NCBI GenBank assembly: GCA_963724295.1
Contig: CAVRUC010000004.1
Span: 96,001 to 160,000 of the forward strand
Source of the DNA: an uncultured Chloroflexia bacterium
GTDB lineage: Bacteria; Chloroflexota; Chloroflexia; Thermomicrobiales; UBA6265
Direction: 5' to 3'
Length of the DNA stretch: 64,000 nt
Positions 55,663-64,000 of this stretch are shown here, one piece after another (positions within the stretch are counted from its first letter, which is position 1; each line of letters opens with the position of its first letter). Under the pieces are notes generated by a model. That model worked only from the letters and a program-made list of their open reading frames with translations, ran no database searches and had not been told where the DNA came from. The position numbers and the translations under genes were made by a program.

Positions 55663-56625
55663 TCACGGATAGGTCGCGAGCACGTCGAGAAACATCTCCC
55701 AGAAGCGGTCGGCGTTGACCGCCACCGCCACCTCCGCATTCGGTGCTTCGCCGCGGTGGCCGTTCGGCCGCCTCGGTGACAGGTCGGGTTCACGCAGGTG
55801 CCGGGCATCGCAAAGGGTCATACCGTAGGTGTGCGTGCCGCGCAGCTCGACCGCCACGTGCATCGGCTCGAAGCGCAGCACTTCGGAGTCCACCAAGGCC
55901 GCCACGGCCAGCGGATCGTGCATCGATCCACCCGGGAGACCGCTGAGCACGCGTAACCGCTCGCTGTAGAAATCGAGCATGTCGGCTACATGGGTGCCGG
56001 TGCGGGTGCCGAGCGCGCGAACCTGCGCCCGTCGCTCAGGTGTCGCCGCCACCTGCCGCGTGACGTTGAGACCGACCATCTTGATCGGGATGCCGCTGGT
56101 GAAGACGACGTGCGCGGCCTCGGGATCGCACCAGATATTGAACTCGGCGGCCGCGGTCGAATTGCCGAAGGTCAGCGATCCTCCCATCAGGCTGATCTGC
56201 TTGACCCGCGTCGCCAGCGACGGATCACGGTGCAGCGCCGTGGCGATGTTGGTAAGCGGGCCGATGGGGACCAGCGAGAGGTCATCGCTGGTGTGCGACT
56301 CAGCGATGATGACATCCGTCGCGTGCTCCTCCGCCAGCGACACGGTCGGCGGCTCGAGCGCCGGACCATCGAGACCGGTCGCACCGTGCACCTCGGGTGC
56401 GTGGCGAACGTCGCGCACCAGTGGCCGCGCCATTCCCATCGCGATCGGAACCCCGGTCAACTCCGCGAACTCGACAGTCTGCCGGGTGTTGCGCGTCGTC
56501 TGCTCGAGGGAGGCATTGCCGAAGACCGTGGTGATCGCGCGCAGATCCAGGACGCGAGCGCCAAGGAGCAGGGCCATGACGTCGTCATGACCCGGATCGC
56601 AGTCGATGATGGCGGTTGGTCTCAC
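55663..56625 (-). CDS. Nucleoside hydrolase (IU-NH family)
   Basis: DCDPGHDD, HGATGL, GPLTNIA, AEFNIWCDPEAA, MHDPLA. Confidence 0.94.
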   Translation of the reverse strand: MRPTAIIDCDPGHDDVMALLLGARVLDLRAITTVFGNASLEQTTRNTRQTVEFAELTGVPIAMGMARPLVRDVRHAPEVHGATGLDGPALEPPTVSLAEEHATDVIIAESHTSDDLSLVPIGPLTNIATALHRDPSLATRVKQISLMGGSLTFGNSTAAAEFNIWCDPEAAHVVFTSGIPIKMVGLNVTRQVAATPERRAQVRALGTRTGTHVADMLDFYSERLRVLSGLPGGSMHDPLAVAALVDSEVLRFEPMHVAVELRGTHTYGMTLCDARHLREPDLSPRRPNGHRGEAPNAEVAVAVNADRFWEMFLDVLATYP

Positions 56626-57581
56626 GCCTGAACCTCGCTCAGGCGTTGCCGGTAGAGCTCGAGGAAGCGCTCGCTATCGACATCGACGCAAACGTTGACG
56701 TTTGGCTCCCTCTCTCGCTGGCCGCGCCAGTCAGGGACCGTATTCCCGGCGTGATCGGGGCTGTGGTAATCGACGTCGACGTAGGCCTGCCTGGTCTCGA
56801 ACAGGGTCGGATCGATAACGTAGGCGATCGCCGAAGAGTCGTGCACGGGGAATCCGTTCAGACCCCAGCGCTTTGAGAACGACAGGTAGTGGGGGGTGAT
56901 CCTGGCGATGAAATCGGTCCAGGGGTTGTTGGCGCGACGCAGCTCCTCCAGGTACTCCGGGGTCATCATCGTCTTCTCCGTCACGTCGAGTCCGACCATC
57001 GTCAGGGGCCAGCCGGCGTGAAAGACGATGTAGGCCGATTCCGGATCGTTACGAATGTTCGCCTCGGCGACGGGCGAGGCGTTACCCGCAACATTGGCCG
57101 CGCCGCCCATGAGGACCACTTCGCGCACGTTCTCGGCGATGCGCGGCTCGGTAGCGACGGCCAGGGCAACGTTGGTCAGCGGACCCAGCGGCACGAGGGT
57201 GATCTCACCCGGATGCGCCATGATGGTGTCGATGATGAATTGCGCGGCGCGGCGCGTATCTGGCGTCCCTCGCGGCTCTGGAAACTCGGCTTCGCCCAAC
57301 CCGTTGCGGCCGTGAACTTCCCACCCTTTCCCGGTGAATGGCCGCAGCAGCGGCTTCTCCGCTCCGCGAGCGACGGGAATCTCTGGCCGACCCGCAAGCT
57401 CAGCCAGCCGCAGGGCGTTCTGCGTCGTCAGGTCGACGCCGACATTGCCGAAGACCGTGCTGAACCCCTCAATCTCGACCTCGGGCGAGGCAAAGGCCAG
57501 GAGAATCGCCATCGAGTCATCCACACCCGGGTCGGTATCGATGAGCAGACGCTTCGGTTTTCCTTCAGTCACGTGTTCCAC
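56622..57581 (-). CDS. Nucleoside hydrolase (IU-NH family)
   Basis: DTDPGVDD, HGRNGLG, GPLTNVA, AEANIRNDPE, VHDS. Confidence 0.94.
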   Translation of the reverse strand: MEHVTEGKPKRLLIDTDPGVDDSMAILLAFASPEVEIEGFSTVFGNVGVDLTTQNALRLAELAGRPEIPVARGAEKPLLRPFTGKGWEVHGRNGLGEAEFPEPRGTPDTRRAAQFIIDTIMAHPGEITLVPLGPLTNVALAVATEPRIAENVREVVLMGGAANVAGNASPVAEANIRNDPESAYIVFHAGWPLTMVGLDVTEKTMMTPEYLEELRRANNPWTDFIARITPHYLSFSKRWGLNGFPVHDSSAIAYVIDPTLFETRQAYVDVDYHSPDHAGNTVPDWRGQREREPNVNVCVDVDSERFLELYRQRLSEVQA

Positions 57582-57640
57582 TCCCTAACATACGTCGAGG
57601 GCCGCGAGCGGTCGGTCGTAAGGTCGACGTGGCGACTACC

Positions 57641-57670
57641 TTCCGACTTCCGACTCCCGTCGTCCGACTC
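57641..57670. repeat. Heptamer array (TTCCGAC-like)x4
   Basis: TTCCGAC TTCCGAC TCCCGTC GTCCGAC directly after the permease stop. Confidence 0.7.
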
Positions 57671-57672
57671 AC

Positions 57673-58608
57673 TTACCCCTTGATACCGGTAGAAGCGACC
57701 CCGCTCACGTAATAGCGCTGCAGGGCGAGGAAGATGAGGATAACGGGTATCGAAGCGAGCGCGGACCCGGCGAAGGTTCGGCCCCAATAGGTCTGCTCCT
57801 GGGTCGTTTGCGAGCTGATGACGACCTGAAGCACCTGGATCTCTTTGCTCTGGACGGCAATCAACGGCCAGTAGAAGAGATTCCAGATGAACTGGAACTC
57901 GAGCAGGGAGATGGTTACCAGACCCGGGATGGCCAGGGGGACGATGATCGTCCGCAGGACGTGTAGATAACTGGCGCCATCGAGAAGCGCGGCCTCGTCC
58001 AGCTCGTATGGAATGTCGCGAAAATATTGGATCAGGGCGAAGATGACGAACGGACTGGCGAACCAGGGGACGATCATGGCCCAGTAGCTATTTTGCAAGT
58101 TGAGATAGCGGATCACGATGTAGAGCGGCACCATCGTCACTTCAAACGGCACGAAAAGCGTAACGAGGACAAAGGCGAGCAGCCAGTTCTTTTTGGGAAA
58201 CTTCAAACGGGCAAAGAAATAGGCTCCCATCGTGTTGAAGACCAGACTCGAGATGACCACCCCGGCCGAAACGATGAACGAGTTCATCAGGTTTCGACCG
58301 AAGTTGAGTCCGGCGCGATTTCCTGCCTCGCTCAGACCGAGAATGTCACGATAGTGTGACAGCGTCCATTCGATTGGGTAGAAGGTATGCCAGCTGAGCG
58401 GGAACAGGTACTGAAAAATCTCGGTCTCCCGGCGGAGGCTGCCTAAGAACATCCAGATGAAGGGGATAAGAAAGATGAGGCTGATGACGAAAAAGAGTAC
58501 CCCGCGGAGGACCGTGATCCCACCCCGGCGGACCAGTGCTGTAGCGTCGCTCCCCGATCGTGTGGAGGGCAGAATTGCGGTGCTTCTATGTTGTTCGGCG
58601 ACGGCCAT
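57673..58608 (-). CDS. Carbohydrate ABC transporter permease (MalG-like)
   Basis: NS..., ARLKFP, EAA loop IPYELDEAALLDGAS, WNLFYWPL, LQRYYV.G...GIKG. Confidence 0.93.
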   Translation of the reverse strand: MAVAEQHRSTAILPSTRSGSDATALVRRGGITVLRGVLFFVISLIFLIPFIWMFLGSLRRETEIFQYLFPLSWHTFYPIEWTLSHYRDILGLSEAGNRAGLNFGRNLMNSFIVSAGVVISSLVFNTMGAYFFARLKFPKKNWLLAFVLVTLFVPFEVTMVPLYIVIRYLNLQNSYWAMIVPWFASPFVIFALIQYFRDIPYELDEAALLDGASYLHVLRTIIVPLAIPGLVTISLLEFQFIWNLFYWPLIAVQSKEIQVLQVVISSQTTQEQTYWGRTFAGSALASIPVILIFLALQRYYVSGVASTGIKG

Positions 58609-58748
58609 ACGTCACGTCCTACGCCCCGAGCTCAGTCGAGAATCAGGAGATCGACAAGCAAGATAAGCCTCGAAGTCAGCGACCCGGCATCGCACGTACG
58701 GGCCCTCTTGCCTTTTCTCAGTCTCGCCCTCGCACGTCTGACTCCCGC

Positions 58749-59678
58749 CTACGTCTGCGGCCGCAGCCACCGCATCAGAAAGTAACTGATGACCACCATG
58801 ATGAGCAGCGCCACCACCGAGAGCGCGCTGGCGTAGCCCATGTCCTGGAAGCGGAACCCCTGCTGGTAGATGTAATAGACGAGCACCTTGGTTGAATCGA
58901 GTGGTCCGCCTTGGGTCATCTGATAGACCGGCACGAACACCTGGAACGAAAAGACCGCTTGAGTGACGACCACGAACATCAGGACAGGCATCAGCAGCGG
59001 AATGGTGATCCGCCGAAATGCCTCCCAGTTGTTGGCGCCATCGACCAGCGCGGCCTCGTAATACGTCTGAGGTATCGCCTTGAGGCCGGCCAGGATGATG
59101 ATCAGACTGAATCCCAGGTCTTTCCAGATCATCATCACCGTCACGGCGGGCAAGGCGCGGGTGGCGTCGGAGAGGAACGCCTGGCGCGGGATGCCGAACG
59201 CACCCAGGATGCTCTGAATCAGACCCAGTTGCGAGTGGTACATCATCGCCCAGATGATGGAGGCCACGATCACCGAGGTGACCATTGGCGTGAGAATCGC
59301 GGAGCGGACAACGCCCGCGCCAAAGGTCTCTCGCTGCAACAGGACGGCCAATGCCAGTGACAGCACGATCTGGATAGGTACTTTGTAGAGGACGAAGAGT
59401 GACGTGACCTGAAGTGATTGCCAGAAGGTGGGATCGGAGAGCATCCGCGCGTAATGATCGAGCCCAATGAAATCCCGCAGTCCCCGGAGCAGGCTGTACT
59501 CGTAAAAGCTGGCGCGGACCGAGGCGGCGATCGGAATGTAGCGGAAGACCGTGAAGTTGATCAACGCGGGCAGGATGAACAGGAAGGCGATCATCAACTG
59601 GCGGTTCCGCCAGGAGAAGATTCCCCGGGTTCTGGTCGTAGGTTGAATGGACGGCGCCGCGCTCGTGACCGTAGCCAT
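58749..59678 (-). CDS. Carbohydrate ABC transporter permease (MalF-like)
   Basis: FIGLDHY, WKDLGF, AGLKAIPQTYYEAALVDGA, TQGGP, GYASA. Confidence 0.93.
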   Translation of the reverse strand: MATVTSAAPSIQPTTRTRGIFSWRNRQLMIAFLFILPALINFTVFRYIPIAASVRASFYEYSLLRGLRDFIGLDHYARMLSDPTFWQSLQVTSLFVLYKVPIQIVLSLALAVLLQRETFGAGVVRSAILTPMVTSVIVASIIWAMMYHSQLGLIQSILGAFGIPRQAFLSDATRALPAVTVMMIWKDLGFSLIIILAGLKAIPQTYYEAALVDGANNWEAFRRITIPLLMPVLMFVVVTQAVFSFQVFVPVYQMTQGGPLDSTKVLVYYIYQQGFRFQDMGYASALSVVALLIMVVISYFLMRWLRPQT

Positions 59679-59690
59679 CGTCACCCCGAA

Positions 59691-59786
59691 GGGTGATGGG
59701 GTGTTTGGGGGGTGGGGTGATCGGTGGTGCGTCCGCGATGCGGACTCCCAAAACCTATCACCCCATGACCCTATGACCCCATCACC
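59691..59786. repeat. Degenerate octamer array (GGGGTGAT-like) and reverse-complement array (CCCCATGA-like)
   Basis: 59691-59723 and 59753-59786, between the SBP and permease genes. Confidence 0.65.
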
Positions 59787-59801
59787 TTCATTCGTCCTGG
59801 C

Positions 59802-61178
59802 CTACTCCTCCTGCCAGCCCTCGTACTTCGCGAGAGCTTGCTCCATTTGCACCGCGGTTTCATGGACCAGCGCCGCCACGTCGACGTTTTCGGCCTGCGC
59901 GATGTCTTGCGCCATCTCGCCGAAGTACTGCTGATACTCGGTGTAGCCAGGCGTCTGGATGCGCGGGACGCCAATCGTCTGCAATCCCTCGTTGAAGAGC
60001 TGCTGCGGGTACTCGTTGTACTCCGGCAGCGTGTTCAGCAACTCGACACGTGCCGGCAGTTGGCGCACGTGTGTCATACCAGATCCTGGACCCTTCAGGG
60101 CCGGCGAAGAACTTGGCCAGTGCCACCGAAACTTCCACGGTTCCTGGTTTGCGGCGAGACGCCGAAGTGCCAGGAACCGGTGTGGCACAGCTGTGCACCG
60201 TCAGCGTAGTACGGGATGCCGGTCACGCCATAGTTGAAATCGCCGTCCGGGTAGAGACGATCGATGGTGCCTACGGCATTGTCCGGGCTGACGTAAAACG
60301 CCGCGCCCTTCGAGAACCAGATGTTGTCGATCGGTTCTTGCGGGGTGACCGCACGTTCACCTTGATGCCAGTCCCGGTAGTCTTCGAACGACGCGATCGC
60401 TTCAGGCGTATCCAGGTATCCCTGGAAGGTGATGCCGTCGGGACCAATCCCCTGATAGGACGGGCTCCCCTTCTCACCGGCCGAGCGGCGCATGATGCCG
60501 TGCTCGTAGTCGCCCTGATAGGTGCCCTGGCCCCAGCGCATTCCCCAGGTGTCGGGCACACCGTCGCCGGTGTTATCGACCGTTGTCTTCTGCCAGGCGT
60601 CCCAGGCCTCGTCCATGGTCCAGCCCTGGACCTGCTGTGGCGGTTCGAGCCCGGCGGCATCGGTCATGTCCTTGTTGTAGAACATGAGCGAGCAGCTCTG
60701 CATGATCGCCGGCGCGTAGAAGGTGCCGTTGAACGACCCTTCCTCGACCGACTGCGGCACCCACTCCGCGAGCTCTTCCTCGGTGTAGTAGTCCGCGAGG
60801 GGGATGATGGCCTCGTTGTATGCGTAGTGCTTGATGTCCGGGCCATCGGCCAGGAAGACGTCGAGCTCGGCGCCCGCCGCCACCGCCGTCTCGATCGTCG
60901 GGAAGAGCTGCTCGAAGGGCACGCTCTGAATCTCGACCGTTGACGTTCGCATACTGCGGATCGCTCGCCTTGAAGGCTTCGATCATCTGCTCGGTGGCGA
61001 TCAACATGTCTTCGTCGTCGATCGTCAGAAACTGGATCGTGACCGCGTCCTGCGCCAGCACCGGCGCAGCCGCCGGCTGCTCGGCAGTGGTGGGCGACGC
61101 CGACGATATTGCCGGTCCGCCATAGGCCGCGAGGAGCAACAGCGCGATGACCAGCATCGTGATGCCGTTTCGCCTCAT
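59802..61178 (-). CDS. Carbohydrate ABC transporter substrate-binding protein (frameshifts near 60945, 60140, 60070)
   Basis: Signal peptide after AGGAGGAG; VEIQSVPF, LMFYNKD, WTMDE, FNYGVTGIP; C-terminus RIQTPGY in another frame. Confidence 0.85.
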
Positions 61179-61217
61179 GGTGAATCTCCTCCTTTGACAC
61201 AACCTTTGTCATATCGC

Positions 61218-61240
61218 GGGCGACCCCGGCGTCGCCCCTC
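61218..61240 (-). repeat. Second GTAG-like REP palindrome (GAGG head)
   Basis: Minus strand GAGGGGCGACGCCGGGGTCGCCC, similar to 45270-45293. Confidence 0.6.
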
Positions 61241-61295
61241 GTGCCATCGTCTTGCAGCCACCTCTTGCGGCCGGCTTGCCCCCTTTCTACGGACG

Positions 61296-61703
61296 TCATC
61301 CCTCGATGATCTTGACCATTACCCGCCGCTGTCGCGGGCCGTCGAAGTCGAAGAAAAGCAACGACTGGGAGTGACCAAGAACCAGTTCACCATCCTCGAT
61401 CAGCACCGTCTCCGTGTTGCCAATGAGACTGGCCTTGATGTGGGCTGCCGCGTCCGATGGAGTATCGACGATGTGGTGGAAATCCGTACGGGTCGGCACC
61501 AGCCGCCGTACGTCGTCGACGACGTCCTGGACGGTCGCGGGGTCCATGCCGCTGTTGATCGTGACAGCCGCGGTCGTGTGCGGGACGACGACCATGCAGA
61601 TTCCAGTTTGAACGGCACGCTCCCTGACCACGGCCCGGACCTGCTCGGTGATGTCCGTAAGCGAATCACCCAGCCCCGTGGCAATGGTTACTGTCTCATA
61701 CAT
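61296..61703 (-). CDS. yjbQ: YjbQ / UPF0047 family protein
   Basis: DITEQV, VPHTTAAVTIN, AAAHIKASLIG, LVLG..Q, FDGPRQR. Confidence 0.88.
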   Translation of the reverse strand: MYETVTIATGLGDSLTDITEQVRAVVRERAVQTGICMVVVPHTTAAVTINSGMDPATVQDVVDDVRRLVPTRTDFHHIVDTPSDAAAHIKASLIGNTETVLIEDGELVLGHSQSLLFFDFDGPRQRRVMVKIIEG

Positions 61704-61903
61704 CCGCTGCCTCCGGGACAGATCCGATCGTGCAGATCGAGGGATTCTCGCACCCCGGCCACCAGAGTGGAATCCCCCCTCCGCGGGTCGACTGGATCGA
61801 ACGACATGCGGCACTGTGCGAGCGCGTGTCGATAGTTGGCGATACGCTGCTCGTTGAGATGCGTATCGTCGTCACCCGTTTGTCCTTTGCTTGCCGGCGA
61901 GCG

Positions 61904-61915
61904 GTAAACATTTAC
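61904..61915. promoter_or_regulatory. LacI-family operator-like palindrome
   Basis: GTAAACATTTAC, one mismatch from GTAAACGTTTAC, just downstream of the predicted transcription start. Confidence 0.65.
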
Positions 61916-61932
61916 GACCCGGAAGATGCGGG

Positions 61933-61961
61933 ATCATATCAACGAGCTTTCCGGGTGTCAA
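61933..61961 (-). promoter_or_regulatory. Strong sigma70 promoter of the yjbQ-ABC-nucleoside hydrolase operon
   Basis: Minus strand TTGACA-17 bp-TATGAT with extended TG. Confidence 0.8.
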
Positions 61962-61980
61962 CGACCGTGCGCCTGAGCGC

Positions 61981-62772
61981 TTACTTCGTGAAATAGTGCC
62001 GTTTCAGCCAGGAGCTGAGCCCATCCAACCCCGGAAAGAGCACGCGCTCCGTGATATTTGCCTGGTCGAGCTTATCGCGCACTTCCCACTTCAAGCTCGC
62101 CGGGATGATGATCCGGCGAAAGTTCGTCGAGCGTTCGAGCAGCCAGGCATCGAGGAGCGCGGTCGGGCTGGACATGAGGGAGAAGAGCGCGAACTGGTTG
62201 ACGATGCGCGCGTCCAACGAGGGTGGCTCCAGGAAGACCACAAATTCGCCCGGGAGGCTATCCAGCTCCTCGAGCGATTTTGCCGCGTCCTCCAGCAGCT
62301 CGGCGGTGAAGACATAGGCGCCCTCCCCGTCCAACAGCGTGGAAAGCTCGTGCGGTAAGAAGGTCTTCGCTTCGTCGACGTCGACGCACCAGATGAGCCC
62401 GTCCTGATTCATCTGCCGCAAGTCCGCCGTCGCAAAGTGCAAGGCGACATACGGCGAATAGGACCAATCGAGCAAACGTGTTGGCAACCCGTAATGCTTT
62501 CCGACCGCTAGCCAGTACCACACCGACTCACTCGGTCTGACGTCGAGGTAAGCGTACTTGCGGAAATTGCGCAGGAGATGTCGTTCCTTACTGCTCGGAT
62601 CTCCGCCCAGCCGCATCAGGCTGGTCTGCATCGGCGCATGGGCGGCATTGTCCAGCCCGCGGAAGACAAAACCCGTCCGGAAGCGACCGATAGTGGTATC
62701 GATGGGAACGCTGAAGAGTCGGTCGTGGAGATCGCTCCAGCTGCGTGCGATCTCGTCGTGATTCGGCATCAC
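61981..62772 (-). CDS. FRG domain-containing protein
   Basis: FVFRG, HYGLPTRLLDWS.SPYVALHFA, RIVNQ, LFPGLDG. Confidence 0.9.
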   Translation of the reverse strand: MMPNHDEIARSWSDLHDRLFSVPIDTTIGRFRTGFVFRGLDNAAHAPMQTSLMRLGGDPSSKERHLLRNFRKYAYLDVRPSESVWYWLAVGKHYGLPTRLLDWSYSPYVALHFATADLRQMNQDGLIWCVDVDEAKTFLPHELSTLLDGEGAYVFTAELLEDAAKSLEELDSLPGEFVVFLEPPSLDARIVNQFALFSLMSSPTALLDAWLLERSTNFRRIIIPASLKWEVRDKLDQANITERVLFPGLDGLSSWLKRHYFTK

Positions 62773-62776
62773 CGCG

Positions 62777-63136
62777 TTACTCCGGCGCCTCGAACCACTC
62801 CGGCGGTCCGACGGTGGTCACACTGAGGTGCGTCATCGAGCGACCAGCCGCCGCGCCGTGCCAGTGGCGCTCCATGGGAGCGGCATAGACCACGTCGCCG
62901 GGTCCGACATGGATCTCCTCGTCTGCCGTGCCGACCCGACCCTCGCCGTCAAGGACATACAACACCTGCTCGCCGGGATGGACATGCCAGTGCGTCCGCG
63001 ATCCATCTTCGAAGTGAACGAGGCTCACCGCCATGCCGCCCTGCTGTTGTGTACCCAGAAGTCGCTTCAACTGAGTCTCACCCGTGAACGCGCCGGCCTG
63101 CTCCTGCTTCGCTTCGTCGCCACGCACGACTTTCAT
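62777..63136 (-). CDS. Cupin domain protein
   Basis: RTHWHVHPGEQVL, GPGDVV, HWHGA. Confidence 0.88.
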   Translation of the reverse strand: MKVVRGDEAKQEQAGAFTGETQLKRLLGTQQQGGMAVSLVHFEDGSRTHWHVHPGEQVLYVLDGEGRVGTADEEIHVGPGDVVYAAPMERHWHGAAAGRSMTHLSVTTVGPPEWFEAPE

Positions 63137-63257
63137 CGCTTTCCTTCTCTCCTGATAGCGCCTTCACGCTCGATGGCCGCCGGATGCCGCAACTGTATCG
63201 CCATACGGGCCAGAGCGGGCTTTGGCGCGGCTCGGTCGCTCGTCTGCTAGTTCAAGT

Positions 63258-64000
63258 TCACGCCGCCTCGATCCCGTACGACCGCCAGCTATGTCTCGCG
63301 CGAAATCCGAGCAATGCCTGTGCTTTGGCCGAGCTGAGCAACGAGCCGTAATCCATCAGGTCATCGCGGATGATGGTCGTCGGGTAGTGATCGGCCACCA
63401 GCACCCGCGACGGGATCGGCATGAACGAATCTGTCGCGGCCACGAAGCACGCCACGTGCCCAGGGATCTCCGCCGTCAGGGCCAAGCGCACCGCCTCGGC
63501 GACATCGCGGGTGTCGATGTAGCTCCAGAGATTCGACGCCCCTGCTGCCGGGTCCTTCCACAGGGGCCGCAGCTGCTCGGCGAAGGACCCCGGCGTGTGG
63601 ATCCAGGGGAAGCGCAGACTGACCACGGTGAGGCGGCCACGGCGCGCGAATCCCTCCGCGAGCTCTTCACCGATCCGCTTCGAGAGCGCGTAGGCATCCT
63701 GCGGCAGCAGGGGATGGGCTTCGTCGATTGGCACGTAGTCCGGCGCGAACGGCTGCACGAAGAATGGAAAGCCAAGCACGGAAACGCTCGATGCGTATAC
63801 GACCCGGTTGATGCCAAGTGCCGACGCCGCCTCGAGCACATTGAAGGCGCTCATCACATTCGTGCGGAAGGTCACCTCAGGTACATCGAGCGTCGGACGG
63901 GGGATGGCCGCGAAGTGGACGACGGCGTCCGCGTCGCGCAAGCAGCCATAGACCTGTCCCAGGTCGACAAGGTCCGCGCGCCGAAACGGCGCCGGTCCCC
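63258..64000 (-). CDS. NAD-dependent epimerase/dehydratase (5' end beyond the window)
   Basis: AVVHFAAIP, FNVLEAA, YASS, YALSK, DTRDVA; frame open to the window edge. Confidence 0.88.
   Translation of the reverse strand, partial: GPAPFRRADLVDLGQVYGCLRDADAVVHFAAIPRPTLDVPEVTFRTNVMSAFNVLEAASALGINRVVYASSVSVLGFPFFVQPFAPDYVPIDEAHPLLPQDAYALSKRIGEELAEGFARRGRLTVVSLRFPWIHTPGSFAEQLRPLWKDPAAGASNLWSYIDTRDVAEAVRLALTAEIPGHVACFVAATDSFMPIPSRVLVADHYPTTIIRDDLMDYGSLLSSAKAQALLGFRARHSWRSYGIEAA

Noticed and set aside
61704..61800. TPP riboswitch upstream of yjbQ
   Set aside because: GGGGTGC is present, but the conserved CTGAGA and the downstream TPP core are missing.

Overview
High-GC bacterial chromosomal segment, probably Chloroflexota (Thermomicrobiales-like). 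This is inferred from gene style: a Cys-rich twin-arginine secreted protein, a Tat-exported peptide-ABC binding protein and an XRE-ATPase-LuxR regulator. The left half (1-31.6 kb) is mostly housekeeping: uvrA with an SOS box, valS, mpg, mutL, accDA, a sensor-less two-component pair, metG, nfo, a cell-envelope glycosylation-like block, MoxR, a peptide ABC importer with a C45 peptidase, and tRNA-Asp. After the tRNA comes a short accessory patch (EamA, STAND-LuxR regulator, small ORFs, a gene remnant). It is followed by a ~25-kb catabolic supercluster (36.9-61.7 kb): sugar ABC importer, 3 nucleoside hydrolases, 4 PfkB kinases, ADP-ribosylglycohydrolase, TrpF-like isomerase, SIS protein, BtpA/SgcQ, PTE-like hydrolase, M20 deacylase, double SDR, YjbQ and an atypical ureohydrolase. 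A sigma70 promoter with a LacI-type operator heads its right-hand operon. A non-coding layer recurs at gene junctions: 7-, 8- and 9-bp tandem micro-arrays (often array plus reverse-complement array) and three REP-like palindrome families, several read in-frame inside proteins. Many genes carry single-base frameshifts, most likely long-read assembly errors. No CRISPR array, rRNA, integrase or transposase was seen. All calls come from reading motifs by eye; no database searches were run.
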